Assembly (NCBI RefSeq): GCF_000315625.1
Contig: NW_005434671.1
Location: 310,001-374,000 of the forward strand
DNA length: 64,000 nt
Direction: 5' to 3'
Source: Guillardia theta CCMP2712
Lineage: Eukaryota > Protista > Cryptophyta
The notes beneath the pieces were generated by a model. That model made no database searches. It was not told the origin of the DNA and was given only the letters and a program-made list of their open reading frames with translations. The position numbers were made by a program, and so were the translations under genes. Shown here piece by piece: positions 1 to 12,906 of this stretch. Numbering within the stretch: position 1 is the stretch's first letter; the number at the start of each line of letters is the position of its first letter.

Positions 1-2311
1 CTCCTTGCAGCAGGTTGCTGTCCCTCCGGGCGTCGCTTTCCGATGGCACGTGGGCCAGGTGCGAGCGCGTCAAGGTGGACGGCAACGTCGCTGCCTACAC
101 GGAGGAACTCGAGGGAGCTGAAGTGGGGGTTATCCAACTGGACAAAGCCCTCACCCCTGCACAGCCCTACTACGAGGTTGAGATCGTGGAGCCAGGAACA
201 CAATCTTGGATCGGCGTCGGCCTGGCCGACAGTTCCTACTCTCTGGACAAGCAGCCGGGATGGGATGTGAACTCTGTGGGGTACCATGCCGACGATGGGT
301 CTTACTACCGCTGCCCCGTCCCCGATGAGATGAGCAAGAGGTGAGTTTTGGTTAGCTCCGATGTCTCTCCTCCTCTTACTGGGAGGCCTCAGTGGACGAC
401 CAAGCCCGATGCCTCTCGTCGGGGCTCCTTTCCCTTGCTCCAAGGGAGATAAGATGGGCATCGGCCTTGAGTTCGACGACCGTGGAACCGCTCCCAGTGG
501 CTTCCCCAGACGCGTCTTCTTCACCAAGAACGGGCTGGTGAAACAAAGCAGAACATGATTCATTCTTCCTTCTTTGCTTGATTGTTTTCCCCTCTTTCTT
601 GTCATCGGGAAATCTCTACTCCGTCTCCTTCTTTCTCCTCTTCGTCCTCTTTCGTTTTTTCCTCGGATGCTGCTCGTAGCATTTCCTTCTTCCGCTCGCT
701 AACATAGACGGCAGTACCTCGGGAGTGTGATCTTGGAGAAGCAGTTCCACTACTCCCTGTACCCGACTGTTGGCTTCAACTCTCCCGGCGCAAAGGTCTC
801 CGTCAACCTCAAGGCTGACTACCCCAGGTGAGGAGGAGAAGAAGAAACCTGTTCTCCCAGCGCTCTTGTCCTGATTGTGTCCTGCAGCGTCCAGCTCATG
901 CACGCTGCTCAGTTCTTCGGAACAAACGAGTACGCCATCGACATCACTTCCGACGCCATCGCCAAGGGCGCCGATGTCAACGTCAAGGACGCAGCTGGCA
1001 GGACGCCTCTGGTCTGCCTGCCTCTGCAAGTTGCTCGGAAAGGTGCTCACACTTTACTCGCAGCACATGGCCTCGGCCTACGGAGCCACCCCCATCGCTT
1101 CCCTCCTGCTGGAGAAGGGAGCTGATCCAGATGTGCAAGACAACATGGGCTTGACTGCCCTCCACATGTCTGCTGGCTACGTCAGGCCTACCACAACTAA
1201 GCTTCTGATCGAGAACGGAGCTGTAAGAGCCTTGCTCCTCTCCTTCTCTGCCCTCTCGTTGCTCTTGTCCCTCCTCCTCCTCCTCCTCCTCCTCCTGGTC
1301 TGATACCCGTAACAAGGACCCTGAGCTCCGCACTCAACGCAACGAGAGGGCGCTTGACTTGATCCGAAACTTGAGGAACATCACTCAGGTGAATAGAAAC
1401 TCTTTCATTATTCATTCGTCCCCTCTTCTTGCTCCTTCCTCCTGTCCTCCTACCTCAGCTGCTACGGCGCATCATCCTTCGTTTCCTCCTCGTTCCTGTC
1501 TGCTCTTTGACAAGCGGTGATCAAGGCAACCTCCATGGGAGGACTCGTCAAGGATAAGCGTTATCCCCTCATGACTGGTACGTGCGCCTTGCTTGGATTG
1601 CCCCCCGGCCCCCCGCTCCCCCCCATCCTTCCTCGAGCCTCCCCAACTCAACCTTGATTTATCCACCTCATGATTCTCCGTCCTCCGACACTCTCCCCCG
1701 CCCTTCCTCGCCATCTCTATCTCCCTCCCTCCTGCCGATGTTTCGTCAACGGGTCCACAGATTCTGTCGTGATCTTTCCCTTCTCTTTTACCCTCAACCC
1801 TCACTCCTCCTCACTCCTCACTCCTCACTCCTCCTCCTCCTCACTCCTCCTCACTCCTGCATATACATCTGAATCTTCTTGACGTGCAGAGGTCATGGAG
1901 CTTCTCCTCGGAGTCACTGAGGACCCCAACGAGTGGGTTGTCCCTGCTCCTCCCAAGCTCTCCCAGGAGCAGGAGAAGGCGATCGCTGACGCCACTGAGA
2001 AGGTTCCATCGCACATGTCATGGCTCGCCGAAGTTGACGATGAGCAGGCCAAGACCATCATGGAGGAGATGAAGAAGGATCCTGAAAAGATGAAGGAGCT
2101 CGAGAAGGTGAGGAGGAGCAAGGGTTGGGCTCGGTGATGACCATGGAGCAAGGCCATGGAGCTCATGAAGGATAAGGACTTCCAGGAGAAAGTGCAGAAG
2201 GTGAAGGATGGAGGAGAGGAGCATGGCAGTGAGTTAATGCGCCTGCTGCAGTACGCCAAGGACCCGGAGGGCATGAAGAAACTCATCGAGGAGTTCAAGG
2301 ACAAGGTTTGA
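1..2311 (+). CDS. SPRY-domain + ankyrin-repeat protein with helical Lys/Glu/Met-rich C-terminus (multi-exon, 5' end outside window)
   Basis: SPRY motif YYEVEIV...WIGVGLA...QPGWDVNSVGYHADDG (15-340), followed by CSKGDKMGIG and VFFTKNG. Ankyrin repeats GADVNVKDAAGRTPL and GADPDVQDNMGLTALHMSAG. Last exon ...KDPEGMKKLIEEFKDKV* with TGA at 2309-2311. GT-AG introns link the pieces. Confidence 0.75.
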
Positions 2312-2608
2312 AAGGATCAGACGCCCATGTCTCGTAATGTACAAGTGTGAAGTGATGGAGCAACAACGAAAGATTTTTAAATTTCTCGCAGCTTGAGATG
2401 TACCCTACGAGTCTGCACAATCCCTCTGTTGCGTTACACCTGTAACGGCAACTTCCTCCTCCTCGCTCCCCTCCCACCCCCTGCCCAGTGACTAGCATCT
2501 GTCGCTGCCTCCCCTGCGGCTTCTCCTTCAACCCGACTCACCCACAAGTTCTCCTATCGCCCTAACTTCACGCTTGCACTATCTTGCTATTCTGTGCAAT
2601 AATTTACA

Positions 2609-4098
2609 TCATGCCCCTGCACGACCCCGTTGCCTATCCAGGCATTCCATCCACCCCTGGAGGTCCTCGAGGACCTGTACAAGAAAGTGACTTAGCAGGG
2701 GGATAGCGACAGAATGGGACGGAAGCAGGGGCAGGACAGGGGCAGGGTGGGGAGCAGGGCAGGAAAGAGGCAGGGAAAGGAGCAGGACAGGGGCAGGACA
2801 GGGGCAGGGGCAGGGTCTCGAAGGGGGTGATGAAGGTACCCGGAGGTCCAGGAATGCCCGGCGGGCCAGGAGGACCGTCCTCCCCATCTCTGCCTGGCGT
2901 TCCGCTCTTCCCTGGTTGACCCTTCGGACCCACAGGGCCCTCCGTGTCTTCCTTCGTCTCGAGCTTGTTGAGGAGATCTTCTTGGGAGGTTCGGCGAATT
3001 GTGTCCATCTTCTCCTTGGAGTCTTCAACCATGCGCTTCAGCTCGCTCAGCTCCTCCTTCTGCTCCTTGATCTTCTCCTTGTTGTCATGCAAGATCTTCA
3101 ACAGAAGTTTCATGTGCTTCGAGTTCCACTTCATCATCTTCATCACTGCCTTCTGAAACCCTACGTCCTGCCCCCTATGAGCTACTTCGCTGTGGATGCT
3201 GAAAAGGGCCTTGGGGAGAGACGGCGAGGAACTGCCCCCTGCTCCAGCTTGAGCAGCAGTGCCCGTACCACTCATGCTCAATCTCTGCAGCTTTGCTTGT
3301 GCCGGAGCCGAGTTGGAGGCGTAACTCGTGTCAAGTCTGTGCCTGATGTTGCTGAGAGCGTTCAACACCTGTTTCAACCTCTCAGCAACAAGATAAGGAA
3401 TGCTGCTCTAGCAGACATGTTGAGTCGCAAGGACGTGAAGACTCAATGAGCTTGTGGAGGATACAATCTACAAGGGGCAGGACTCACCTCCTTTTCTCGC
3501 TTCGACCTACTGCTCTGCTGCTGCCAGAGGCCCTGAACCGTTGAGCTCTGCCACTTGGTCGACTCCGAGATCGGGTTCAAGGTAGATACTCTTGGGCGAG
3601 CGTGAATGTCCAGCATCTGATTCCTCGACGCCCTTCTTGTCCTGCAACCAGATAAGAGGGGGCTCAGCGTCGAGTTCACGCTTACTTCTCGATATTCCAG
3701 AGCTCGTTCTGCTCTCCCATCAGCTCTGGGGATCAGAGTCAACAGACCAGAAGGGAATGAGAATGCGGAGCTCCAAGATTTCAGCCTACCTGATGGCTCC
3801 CTGCTCGCGTGAAAGAAAACAGCCCCGATGATGATGCTGCAGAACCGCAAGTCAGAACAGCTCGGTTATCCCTCACAACCGACGATCACCTCAAAACAAA
3901 CACGAGGAAGACCCCGGTATGAAGGGCGACTGCTCCAGCTTGGTGGGCCTGGTATTCATCATGAATCAGAACCCCCCACTTGAATGTCGACAAGCATTGA
4001 TGGTGTGTAACATTCAAATTGCCCAAACTTTTGCCTCCTGTTGTAACCCTTTGGACTTCACTACAGTTCACTCTCCTGTACCATCTTCTCCATACCAA
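2609..4098 (-). CDS. Putative type II membrane protein with coiled coil and short collagen (GXY) domain; termini approximate
   Basis: Spliced hydrophobic segment GVFLVFVL/SIIIGAVFF (intron ~3840-3888). Coiled coil in ORF 2634..3377. GPVGPKGQPGKSGTPGRDGEDGPPGPPGIPGPPG, then after a CCTGCC-rich intron GPRGPPGVDGMPG. Confidence 0.6.
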
Positions 4099-5196
4099 CA
4101 GTAGACTATCAAAAATTCATGATGTCCACTTTCACTTCCTTTTCCTTTCATTGCCTCTGCTCCCGGGAGCACCCACTCCTCTTCACTCAAAACCTTAATA
4201 CCCTCTCCATTCCGCGGCCAAGTTTCGAAGTGCTGAATTGGCAACAGAGAAATCTTCACATCACCCCTGCTCATGATAGTTTTCCCTCCTACATCACTTC
4301 GTTTGCTGACCCTCCGCCCTCCCTCCTCTTATCTCCTCCCCCCCCTTCCGCTTCTCAACACTCACCATCGTCGTCGCACCCCTTCGTTGGACCTGCACCC
4401 CCACCCCTTTTAGTACAGCATTTGTTTGGACAAACCCACCCGTCCACTTACCTCGTACAGATAAGCTTCACTCAACTTCACGCGGCGGGCCGGGCCCGCC
4501 GGGCCCCCGGCGCCGTGGTAGTGACCTACACTGTGACACTTTCTTCCCATCATCACCAGCACTGATGGACTCTTGCAGGATGATGCGTTGCGCTTCCTGT
4601 GGTGGCTGGCGGATCGCTCCGAGCCGGCGAACAAGCCTGAACTCGGAAGGGAACGGCAGCCGCTGGACTCGGGCCCGGTACTCCGGGGCCGATGGCCGGC
4701 CCGGAGTCTGAGTCGGCCGCCCGGTTCACTGACTTGAATTGATCGGATGCCGCAGTGCTGTACTCCCGCCCGGCCCCCGGACCGTGACACGGCGGGCTGT
4801 GGACTCAGCGACACTACTGGTAGCCGGGGAAGGGCTACCAATGATGCTCTTCCAGAAAAGGCAAGTGCGGGTCAACGCGACTTTTCTAAAATATGTTTTC
4901 TGCTCATGGGATAAAAAGTTTCGAAATTTTATCACATATTGAAATATTACAGTTTAATTTGCACACATGCAGCCCTGTTGACTGCTTATATTCAGGTTGC
5001 GCCTACAACAGTCATTTGAGCGACCCTCGTCGAAAAAAATGTTTTTTTGAGCAATGGGTGGGGTTCTATGTGTACATGGGATCTGGTACTCTTTGTAGTA
5101 CCTTAAATTATATATCTATAATTTTCAAATTACATATTTGGTACTGAGAAAACTGTGCCATAGCAGTGAACCAATTACCCTACCCCTCGATAACAT

Positions 5197-5424
5197 TTTC
5201 CCGCCTTCCGCTGTGGACCACCCTCCCCCATCGGTCCAATATACCACCATACGCATTGAGTACCCCTACCCTCAGTTTCCCTATCAATATGCACAAAATG
5301 TCACCAGATGTTACCAACCCTACCCTTGATTTGTAGCACAATTCTTCGACCACCACCCCGGCTCTGACCATGTTCTACCCCCACCCTATCTTCATGCGGA
5401 TCGCCATGAAGCCTCTTTTCCCGC
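5197..5424 (+). promoter_or_regulatory. Two consensus E2F/DP sites (TTTCCCGC at 5197-5204 and 5417-5424) upstream of the DP gene
   Basis: Exact matches to the TTTSSCGC consensus about 300 and 520 bp upstream of the inferred DP start. Confidence 0.45.
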
Positions 5425-5724
5425 TTCCTCTTTGTGTTGGCCCCTCAGCAGCCTGCCTCTCCCCTCTGACGCTCCTTCCTGACCTCTCCACATACCTCCA
5501 TTCTTGTTCTCCTTCTTGTTGACCTGATCCGCATGCTCTGTTGTTAGCTAGATCGTCTTCCCCTTGCCTGCTGTGGGTAGGTGCGATTGTGCTCTTCCAC
5601 TGTACCGAAACCCAGCATGGTCCACCATAGTGCTAACGAACTGCTTCGATATCGAGGCTAAATCGTCTTGTTCTGAAGCTGACTTGCTCCATGCTTTGCT
5701 CGCAGAAGTCCCTGGGCACGACGA

Positions 5725-7490
5725 ATGTCCGGGAGCAGGTCGCACTTCGACGAGCTCCATGACGACGCCTTGGGCCCATCCTCGGCTGCGGAAGAGTTTC
5801 AAGATGTGTTTCAGGTAAGCCATGCCTTGAATTCTTGGCTGGACTCAGTCGTCTTTGTCTTTAGGAACTTGGACTCGACCCATACGTGACCACGTTGGGG
5901 CTGACTCAGGAGAACCCTACAATGAGGCAGCTTGCAAATGCCACTCAAGGTTCTTCCTCCCCTGCATGAGACATGTTCGAATGTAATGTGTCGATCTTAG
6001 CGAATGCAGTGTCGGGCCTAATTGAACTGGCAAAACTGCCCAGAGACGATCAGGACAATGATTTGGGATCGCCGAGCAAACGATACCGCATGGACCCGTC
6101 CGATGATAACAAGGCGACACCCGTTCGTCAGCGAGTGAATATCGATGGTTCGACCTGGGGGGATAAGAGTCCGAGCACGTTGGATTCTCCATGTGCTAGG
6201 CGGGATATTTCTCATCGGTGCTCCGGACTTTTCTCAACGTGCGCGAATGGCGTGTCATTGTGGTTTCTCACTCACTGACACGATGTTCAGGCCAACAACA
6301 AGCCCCGTAAAAAACGAGGAACCCAGTGTGACAAACTCAAGATCGAAAAGAACAGTAACCGCAAGGTGTAGTGTCTCAGTGTCTCTGAACTTGCTGTGAC
6401 TGCGTTTTATCAGCTGTGCAAAGCACAACGGCAGTCAGAATCATGTTGCAGAGGTTCCTAGGACGCCGGATCAGAGCAGAAATTATCCGGCAGAAGAATC
6501 GTCTTCCAATTTCTTGAATCGCCTGAATATTCCTGAAAACTCTGTATCGGATAGAGAAAGGAAGAACCAGGGCCTGCGTCACTTTAGTGCAAGGGTTTGC
6601 CGTTCCGTCGAGGTAGAGTTATTTTTTTATTTTCGTGTTTTTGGGGATGACACAAGTTTTCCTTTTCAGGCTAAAGTCTCGACCACATACAATGATGTTG
6701 CTGAAGAGCTCGTGAACGAGTTCAAAGAGAGCAACTGCGCAGATTATGGCGATGATAAGAACATCCGAAGGCGTGCATATGATGCGTTGAACGTCCTGAC
6801 GGCCATGGGGATCATATCGAAAGATAAGAGAGACATCAAGTGGAAAGGTTTCCCTCCGATGAAGTCAGAGAATGGTTCCAACTCGAATCCGGCCCTGTCC
6901 AAAGAGAGGAGTCGACTGCTGCAGGAGATCGAAAACAAGAAGAAGGAAGTTGAGGACAAGAATACGCTTGTTCGTGACCTTGCTACTCAATTTGTTAGCT
7001 TGAAACGTCTGCTGTCGAGAAATGAGCTTACTGAACATGAGCCGTGCCACCAGAAGAAGATCTACTTGCCATTTGTGATAGGTGCGCTTGTATTCTGTTC
7101 GAATGTGCCGTAATCCTGTTCGCAGTTAATACGGATATGGATAACTCGGTCGTGTGTGAAATTTCTCAGGATGAGAAGTTCGCTGAGATTAATTGTACGA
7201 AACCATTCAAGCTTTACGATGACAGGGGCACGCTATCGAAGATGCAACTCCACTTATGCTCGGAGAGTGAACTGAACCAGATTTTGCCAAATCCTGGTCT
7301 TGTTCCATTTGTACAGACGATGCAGAACAAAACAAACTGTGGGGTCGAAAATCTAGCACAAAACAAGACATGTATTGCTCGGGAAGATGACTTCAAGACC
7401 AGCGGGTGTGAGAAGATGAGTGACGACGATGTTGATGGGGTTCACGATGATCTTGACGACGATGTGGATGCTGAAGAAGATGATTCATGA
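5725..7490 (+). CDS. DP: Transcription factor DP (E2F dimerization partner)
   Basis: KNQGLRHFSARVC..VE..KVSTTYNDVAEELV and the DEF box DKNIRRRAYDALNVLTAMGIISKDKRDIKWKGFP. DP coiled coil/marked box KIYLPFVI..NT...F.LYDD and acidic tail. The start MSGSRSHF at 5725 is inferred by in-frame splicing of the upstream exons. Confidence 0.93.
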
Positions 7491-7699
7491 TTTTGTCATG
7501 GGAGTTGCGTGTAGATTGGAAGGATGTGCCCTTGCCATCTCTCGTGCGTGGTTAACTATTGTTTGTCGTTGTGGGTTGTGTCTCTTGATTCCTTGTACTT
7601 GGGTTGATGGGGATGTCGATATTGTATACTACTTATGCTTGATGAAGTCTATTAAAAATCCTTTGATCTAACTTTTGTCCGCACCCTTCCTGTTGGACC

Positions 7700-9292
7700 T
7701 CACAAGCCCTTGTTCTTGAATATCTTGGTGAACCTGTTGACCCGGTAGGGGGCAAGGAGGTCGAGGTCCAGACCCTCGGCGATCTCCAACGCAGCAGCGG
7801 CTCCTGCCAGCGGGGCGAGGGTGATGCCGCTGAAAGCTGATGAGGAAGCGACAAAGGAAGAGAACACATGTACCTGTGCATGACCGCGATGTAGAGCCCC
7901 GGCGATCGCGTCGAGCAACTTTGACACCATGTGAGCTACAGACAAAGATCGCCCGAGCTGAACCACCTGCTGGAGCAGAACCCGATCACGGGGAGGCCAT
8001 CTTCAGGAAATGGCCTGTAACCTGGACACGCCGTCATCGAGGCAGGGGAGGCGCCAGTGTAGAGGGGAAAGCACCGCAAGTCACTCGGCTCAGCTTCGCT
8101 TCCTCGATGACCGGCAAGATGCTCTTGGCTGCCCCTAGAGCCCGATGACCAAACGTTGAGAGCTCGGCAAGCTCTTCATCCTCCTGCTCTTCAGAGTGGG
8201 AGGCTGGCGGCATGTTGGATCTGAAGCCCTCATGCGCATATCGATCTACTGCATACGCTACGCTGGAAGCCCCGCCCGCCTCCTTGCTCTCACCTCCAAA
8301 GGCTCGTCAGCTGCAAGAGCACACACGTCATCCATTACCGATCACCAAAGAACCGTTTTCACGCTGGAGGATGTGGCAGTTTGGGGAGACAATCACTCTC
8401 TTCACCACGTCCTTGACGGGTTCGGTGTGAGCGAGGAAACCTGGCTTGTGCAGCAGGGGCACTTTGAATCCTGCCGACTTCGCCAGCTGCTCTACTCCCG
8501 TACCATTGCTCAGCACAACCACGTCGGCCGTGATCGTCTGCGGACCATCCCAACCCTGCGACCCGTGCAGGACGTACGTCACTCCCCGCACGTCTCCCTC
8601 GATGTCCCAGGGGAAGCCCGTCACGGTAGCTCCGTACACGAGCCGCACTTGCCTCGCCTCTGCTCTCCTCAGCATCTCATTGATCACCTTGTGCGGCTCC
8701 GTGATCCCCTCCGACGGGAAATAGGAGCATCCCGACTTTGTCCCCGACGTCCCTCCGAGCGTTTCGCATGCGATCCCAGGCTGGAGGTCAGGGACTTGCG
8801 ACCATTCGACCTTGTGGCAGGGATACTCGTCGACCTCCTGCTTCGGGTTCTCGTTGAGGAGGAGGCTGCCGCACCAGTTCACATAGCCAGGGAACATGAG
8901 GTTCCAGAGGTCCATGGCAAGCATGTTGAACCTCTGGTAATGCTTCGGCTTCTTGGAGTTGGCGTTGATCCATGCCCATGAGAGCGCCGTTGCCTGCGTC
9001 CCTGCCGCCATCTCCTTCTCCAGCACCGTGACCTCGCAGCCTCGTCTCGCAAGCTCGTTCGCGATCGCCAGCCCCACGATGCCTGCGCCGACGATGACGA
9101 CATGCCCTAGCGCAATGACATCAGCTGCTGCTGCGAGCAAGACAGGCAGCCACTCACTTGGCTTCGATCTCCTGGGGGACGGAACTGTGCAGCTCGCCTG
9201 CAACCCTGGATACAGCTCTGCTTGCCCTGACACTGCCAGAAAACGCAACGTAAGTGGGTCGTAATGGCAGATGGGAAGGCATGAGGGAAGGG

Positions 9293-9326
<34 letters not shown>

Positions 9327-9427
9327 TTCTGACCTTGTTCACGCCATCGTCTGAGTAGCACCGCTATCAAGGCTCCTCCTCCTGCCGCGGCGGCGGCGGC
9401 AACAGCCCATTGCGGCAACGAGCGCAT
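7700..9427 (-). CDS. FAD-dependent oxidoreductase, D-amino-acid/glycine oxidase (DAO) family
   Basis: Rossmann motif HVVIVGAGIVGLAIANELARRGCEVTVLEKE, QATALSWAWIN, ADVVVLSNG. C-terminal YAVRPMPP region and SGITLAPLAG..A..I...LAPYRVNRF. First exon MRSLPQWAVAAAAAAGGGALIAVLLRRW is a probable signal anchor. Confidence 0.85.
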
Positions 9428-9483
9428 CCCGTACTCGACTCGAAGCGCCTTGTGGGCCGGCGGGGGGAGGCGGATTTGTAGCA

Positions 9484-11724
9484 ATGGCAGTCCTCATCAA
9501 TGGCGGCGGGATCGCAGGCCTGACGCTGCGGTAGGAGGAGGAGGGGGGAGGAGGGAGGTGGACGGGGGGGACCAGGTGGTGGAGCAGGAGCAGAAAGAGG
9601 AGCAGGAAGAGGAGCAGGAAGAGGAGGAGGGATGAGGGAGGCTGAAGCTGAGAGATGATGGGGCGGATAGTGAGGACGAAGATGGAACTGGTCGAGGAAG
9701 TCAGACGGATGAGAAGGGTTGCGAGGAGGGAGGTTGAGGGGGGGGGATGATAAACTGGAGGGTCGGGAGGAGGTGGAGGGAACGGGGGGGGGGGGGGGGC
9801 ATTTCTGACCGATGAACAGGCTAGCGCTCAAGCAAAAGTCGGTCGCTTCCGAACTGATGGACCTCGCACCAGCCCTTGCGAAGCCCGAGGACGATGTTCC
9901 CATAGTACTCACGTCTAACGCAGTTTACGTTCTGTCTCAGCTCGGTCTCTCGGACATGGTCAAGAAAGCGCCTCAGGTTCGTTGTTTTCTTTGTTGCACT
10001 GCCTTGGGCTGAATCTCGCCTTTCTGCTCCTCCTTTCTCCTCCTCCCCACTTCCCCGCCCTTCTCGTCCTCGTCCTCGTCCCCCACCCTCCCACCTCCAC
10101 CCGCTCCCGTCATCCTCCACCCGCTACTCTCAGTTGGACAAGTGGGAGATCCGCAACATGGGAGACCAGGTGATGGGAGGTCTAGACTTCAAGAGCATAG
10201 CAGAGGAAACTTCGCTCAGGGGCTTCCCGACGATCTGCATGCAGAGGAACGAGCTGGTGCGGCAGCTGGTGAAGGCTGGGTCGGCCCTCGACGACAAGTC
10301 TGGCATGAGAATGGCGTGCGGGATTAAGTCGCTGGAGATGAAGCAAGGAAGTGCTCACGTCAGCTTCAGCGCGAGCACAGTGAAGCCGAAGAGCTACCGG
10401 ATGGTGGTGGGAGCAGACGGACTAGCGAGTAAGGTCAGAGAGCTCCTCGTCGGGCCGATAGGAGGCAAGCACGTGCAGATCAAGTTCCCAGGATGGGGGA
10501 GGTGGATGTGTACGATACCGGCAGCACTGTTCCCTCTTGCGTCGGGGGATAGGACGATGACGGAGTTCTGGAAGGAGGGGAGACGGATAGGATCATGGCC
10601 GTGTGCTGGGGGCAATGTGGTGTTCTATGGCACAGTGCTTCATCCTCGTCCTGCGCCCATCCCCGACAACCCTCAAGCAAGGATCGATGCTTTCTGCAAG
10701 GACTTCGAGTTTGTCAAGGAGGATTTTGGAGGTGAGGAGGGGAGGGGAGGGAAGAGGAGGAGAGAGGAGGAGGGGGGGGGGGAGCTAAGAAGGATGAGCA
10801 GGAGCGATTGAAAGGATTTTTGAGCATCTTCACGCCAACAAGAAGAGGATAGATCTCAAGCTCGAGTACCCCGCGCAGGTCAACCCCCATTGCGAGGACT
10901 TTATCCTTTTCTTACAGCAGTCTGCAGCTGAAGGTGGAGGGAGACATCTTGCAGGGCTCGGCTGCGCTGATAGGACAAGCAGCATGGAGTATCAATCCTG
11001 CTCTGTTCCAAGATTACTCCATGGCAAGAGATTCGACCCCCCCCTGTCTGCTCCCTCCTCCTCTGCTGCTTCCTCCGCTTTTCTGCATCCCCTTCCTGAC
11101 TCTTTTCTTGCCTTCTCTCCATGTGTTGTTTGACTCCCCTGCTCCTCCTTACTTAGTCGGCAGGCGATCGAAGATGCTTTCTCGCTTGCCAACGCCATCG
11201 TCAGCGCTGAAGGCGGAAAGCTACTGCCAGAAGGTCAGTGCAGGGTATGGGCCTCTCCTCTCCTCGTGCTGAAGTGGCAAGCAGAGGACATGGACATAGC
11301 GCTGCGAGCATGGAGGACCGCAAGGAGGTCAAAGGCAGCCATCGTTGAGCAGGTGGGAGAGAAGACGGGAGATCGTCTCTTTATGTAGCTGCTGCAGGCG
11401 TCCGAAGAATTCCACAAGGCTGCCAAGTCCTTCTCAAACAAGGTATAGGATCCTGCTTGGTGCTGCTGCTGCTGAACCTCCTCCGACGCCTCCTCCCCTT
11501 CTCCTTCGTCTCCATCTCGTCCTGGTCCTCGTCCTCCTTCTCCCCCACCCCCCCCTCCTCTTTTAACCTCGCGCCCGTGTGTGCACGCTGCCCTGCTTGT
11601 TTGCATGCTTGAGCGAGTGATGCGCGAGCAGGGGCTGATGGGATTCATCACGAGCCGTCTGGCTCCGGTGGCAGTCAACGAGCGTTCGATGAATGCTCGG
11701 TTCAGAAAGGTTTACAGGCTATAG
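9484..11724 (+). CDS. Group A FAD-dependent monooxygenase (UbiH/salicylate hydroxylase-like)
   Basis: MAVLINGGGIAGLTLR (GxGxxG), MVVGADGLASKVRE (DG motif), and LIGQAAWSINPALFQDYSM/AIEDAFSLANAI (GD-motif region, degenerate). Last exon ...NARFRKVYRL* ends at 11724. Confidence 0.8.
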
Positions 11725-11878
11725 GAGGGAGCGAGGACAGGAGGAGGAGAGGAGGGGGGAGCGAGGAAGAAATAGAGACGGGGAGAGGAGGCGGGGCGAA
11801 GAGCAGAGAAGGGAAGAGGAGGGGCAGGGCAGACCACGTGATGGCGGGAGCTGAAAAAAGGGAGCAGGAGGGGAGTTG

Positions 11879-12833
11879 TCAAAGAGCGTAGACTGCTATC
11901 TCTGTCAGTACAGCGTTGTTGTTTGCCGCGTCCGAGGCCATGACATCCAGCTATGAAGATCGTGAGTGAAAAAGCCGAAGGAGGGGGAGAAGGAAGGTCA
12001 CAGCAAGAGATCGAGGAGGGAGGAGCGTGGGAGGAAGAGGATGGGTGTAGGGGGAGGAAGATGCAAAGGGCAAGGGAGGGCAGGTCTTAGAATGGGGGGA
12101 AGGGGCAAGGAGAAAGGCAGGGAGGTGGGGCAGGGGGCAGGGGAAGGAGAAGGAGCACAAGAAGGAGCAGAAGCAGATGCAGGAGAAGGGGCAGGAGGAG
12201 GGTAAAAGCAAGGGAGCTGGCAGGAGCTCTTACCTTGACTGCGGTGGCCTCTATGAAATCGGAGTAGAGAAGCAGCTCAGAGACGCCAGGGAGGATAGAG
12301 AGACGGCCAGGAGCGACAAGCTGGACCTGCCGGCAGCGTGAGGGATAGGAGGAGAAGCAGGAGGAGCAGGAGGGGAAGGAGAGGAGGTGCCAACATCTTC
12401 CGCAAGTCTTGACGAGTTGACCGGAAGAGGCTCCCAGGAGGTTGAGGACAGCTGAACATAAGAGTCAGCAGGAGGGAGCGAGGAAGGAGAAGGGAGGAGG
12501 GAGGGAGGAGCAAGGAGATGGTGGGGCCAGAGGAAAGGAAGGACGAGGAGGAGGGGGGGATGAGCAGAGCGGAAGAAGATGCTGTCTTTGCCCACCTGGG
12601 GCTCATTTTCCTTGGAATAAGACAAGAAGACTTGGGTGAGATGATGGTCTGACCGGCCCACCCCACTGAGGATGAGGATCCTGCGGGGAGGTAAGGGTCA
12701 TGAGGAGGAAGAGAGGAAGAGAGGAGGGAGCGATTCTGACGCAGGAAGAGGAGGAACGAATATGCCATACAGCACTAAACGAGCGAAGGAGAGTAGCAGA
12801 GGGAAAGGAGGAGGAGGAGGAGGAGGAGGAGGA

Positions 12834-12906
<73 letters not shown>

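Noticed and set aside
12220-12341. Possible plus-strand last exon of the monooxygenase
   Set aside because: The minus strand gives better splice sites and discoidin-like sequence, and the monooxygenase already stops at 11724.
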